In this document: piece by piece, positions 23,721 to 25,250 of the stretch | Position numbering within the stretch: position 1 is the first letter of the stretch | How the letters are laid out: every line of letters begins with the position of its first letter | NCBI GenBank assembly: GCA_024626585.2 | Contig: JANKJI020000002.1 | Location: 2,477,355-2,502,604, forward strand | Origin: Ginkgo biloba | Taxonomy: Eukaryota > Plantae > Ginkgophyta | Direction: 5' to 3' | DNA length: 25,250 bases | Notes under the pieces: model-generated | The model's database searches: none | Told to the model about the DNA's origin: nothing | Seen by the model: only the letters and a program-made list of their open reading frames with translations | Translations under genes and position numbers: made by a program

Positions 23721-25250
23721 GCTGTCAAGGAATGGGATCCAAATGTAGTTGAAATAAGATCTCTGAATTAGGAAGATAATCAAGCTCCACAACCAACAAT
23801 AGGAACTACTATTCCAGACATGCAACCAAATTATGCATGTGGGATAATACAAATATATGAGACATTACATATATAAGAGACAAAGGAATAAAGAGAGATA
23901 AATAATATAAATGGGGTTCATTACAAAGGAAGATGAATTCTCACTATAAATTCTAGTGTAAGGACCACTAATAAATTTCTAACATTCATCCATTTAAAAT
24001 ATATAAACTTTAGAAGAAAGAGGAACATTTAAAACATAATAAATTATGAGCTCTCACCACTCAAAATATATTTACATTCCATAAATAATCAACTTACAAT
24101 AGCAAATCAATGATGACTACATAACTTTGTATGTAAGTTCAAGTTCAAGGAAAAAATATTACAAGATTTTTAAAATATCATACATAAGAAAAAATGCATG
24201 ACACAACAAAAAAGAATTTTAGAATTCAATTTTGTCATATACCTTTATTGGTAGCCAAAAATAATTGGTACCACTGTCATATGAAATTATTTTAAAGAAA
24301 GGAGATAACATGTAACAAATTATAATAATTTAAAATAAGCACACTAAGGGCATCTTTCATCAAATCCTCAACCAAACCTCACAACACATGATCTAGACAA
24401 TATTTTTCTAGTAATATGAAGAGCATAATAATGTGGGATCATTGTACATATTTCTTCGATGTTGTCTATATAAGCACATCCCCCTTTTATTCCTACCATG
24501 AGCTCCACCTATGGTTTGATCTATATCAGTTGTGGGAATAATGGATCTATGCACTACCATATCGTATTGTCCCTTCCCTATTCTATTTGTTTAGAGTGTT
24601 CAATTCTATGAAGGCGATCATTTAGTAGGAAATGCAAAGCATGATGGAAACTTTCTATATTTTTCTATCCTTGTTAGAGGTAACTGAGAGTATTTTTCTA
24701 TCCTCATTGTAGTCAACCTCTCTTTCCATTGTCTTAGTAATCAACTATGTGTATTATACCCCAATCACACCATAACCATTATCATTATAACCTAAGGGAG
24801 GGATATCATCCTCACCCTAAGTATTAGATTCACCTCTACATACATGTGTTTGATCAAACAATCACAATAATATGGGCTCTAACCTACGTGGTGGGATGGC
24901 ATCAAAGAATGGTTGAGAGAGTGCATGGGTTTGCATGGTACCAGAATCATATTATATGCTCAAAACATTAAGGGTTATCCCAAGGGTGACATATGTACTT
25001 GAAAGACCCAAAACATCAACCTTTGAAAGACATTGTCCTATAGGTTCAACTATCTTACATCCACTATTACACACATTCTTTTTTGCTATCAACTAATCAT
25101 GTACATGTCATACTAAATCACATCATCTAGTATCAATACAATAGTCCCCTCCCATGAAAATGGTAATTAGCCCAAACCAAGAACATTTTAAATCAAATCA
25201 TAATTTCCCATAATTTATTATATAAGAAAATAATGCATTGAAGTAGAGAT

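Noticed and set aside
24400-25200. Possible DNA-transposon-associated coding relic
   Set aside because: No motif could be read convincingly in any frame.

Overview
AT-rich, strongly CpG-depleted eukaryotic DNA with many short N gaps. It looks like a large land-plant nuclear genome, probably a gymnosperm/conifer (inferred from PPR wording and TE types). One real gene is present: a minus-strand PLS-class pentatricopeptide-repeat protein with E1-E2 and a C-terminal DYW:PG cytidine deaminase domain (~15391-17687), i.e. an organellar C-to-U RNA editing factor. Its split into two ORFs falls inside an N gap and is probably an assembly artefact. The rest is decayed, partly nested transposon sequence that the ORF track misses: two Ty3/Gypsy pol relics, two L1-type LINE 3' ends (one interrupted by a probable solo LTR ~0.5-1.7 kb upstream of the gene), an RNase H (RVT_3-like) relic, a possible PIF/Harbinger relic, a ~64-bp minisatellite and a two-stem palindrome. 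I found no supportable evidence for a wholly new biological system, and no CRISPR, rRNA or tRNA. All TE calls are by-eye motif recognition and need HMM confirmation.
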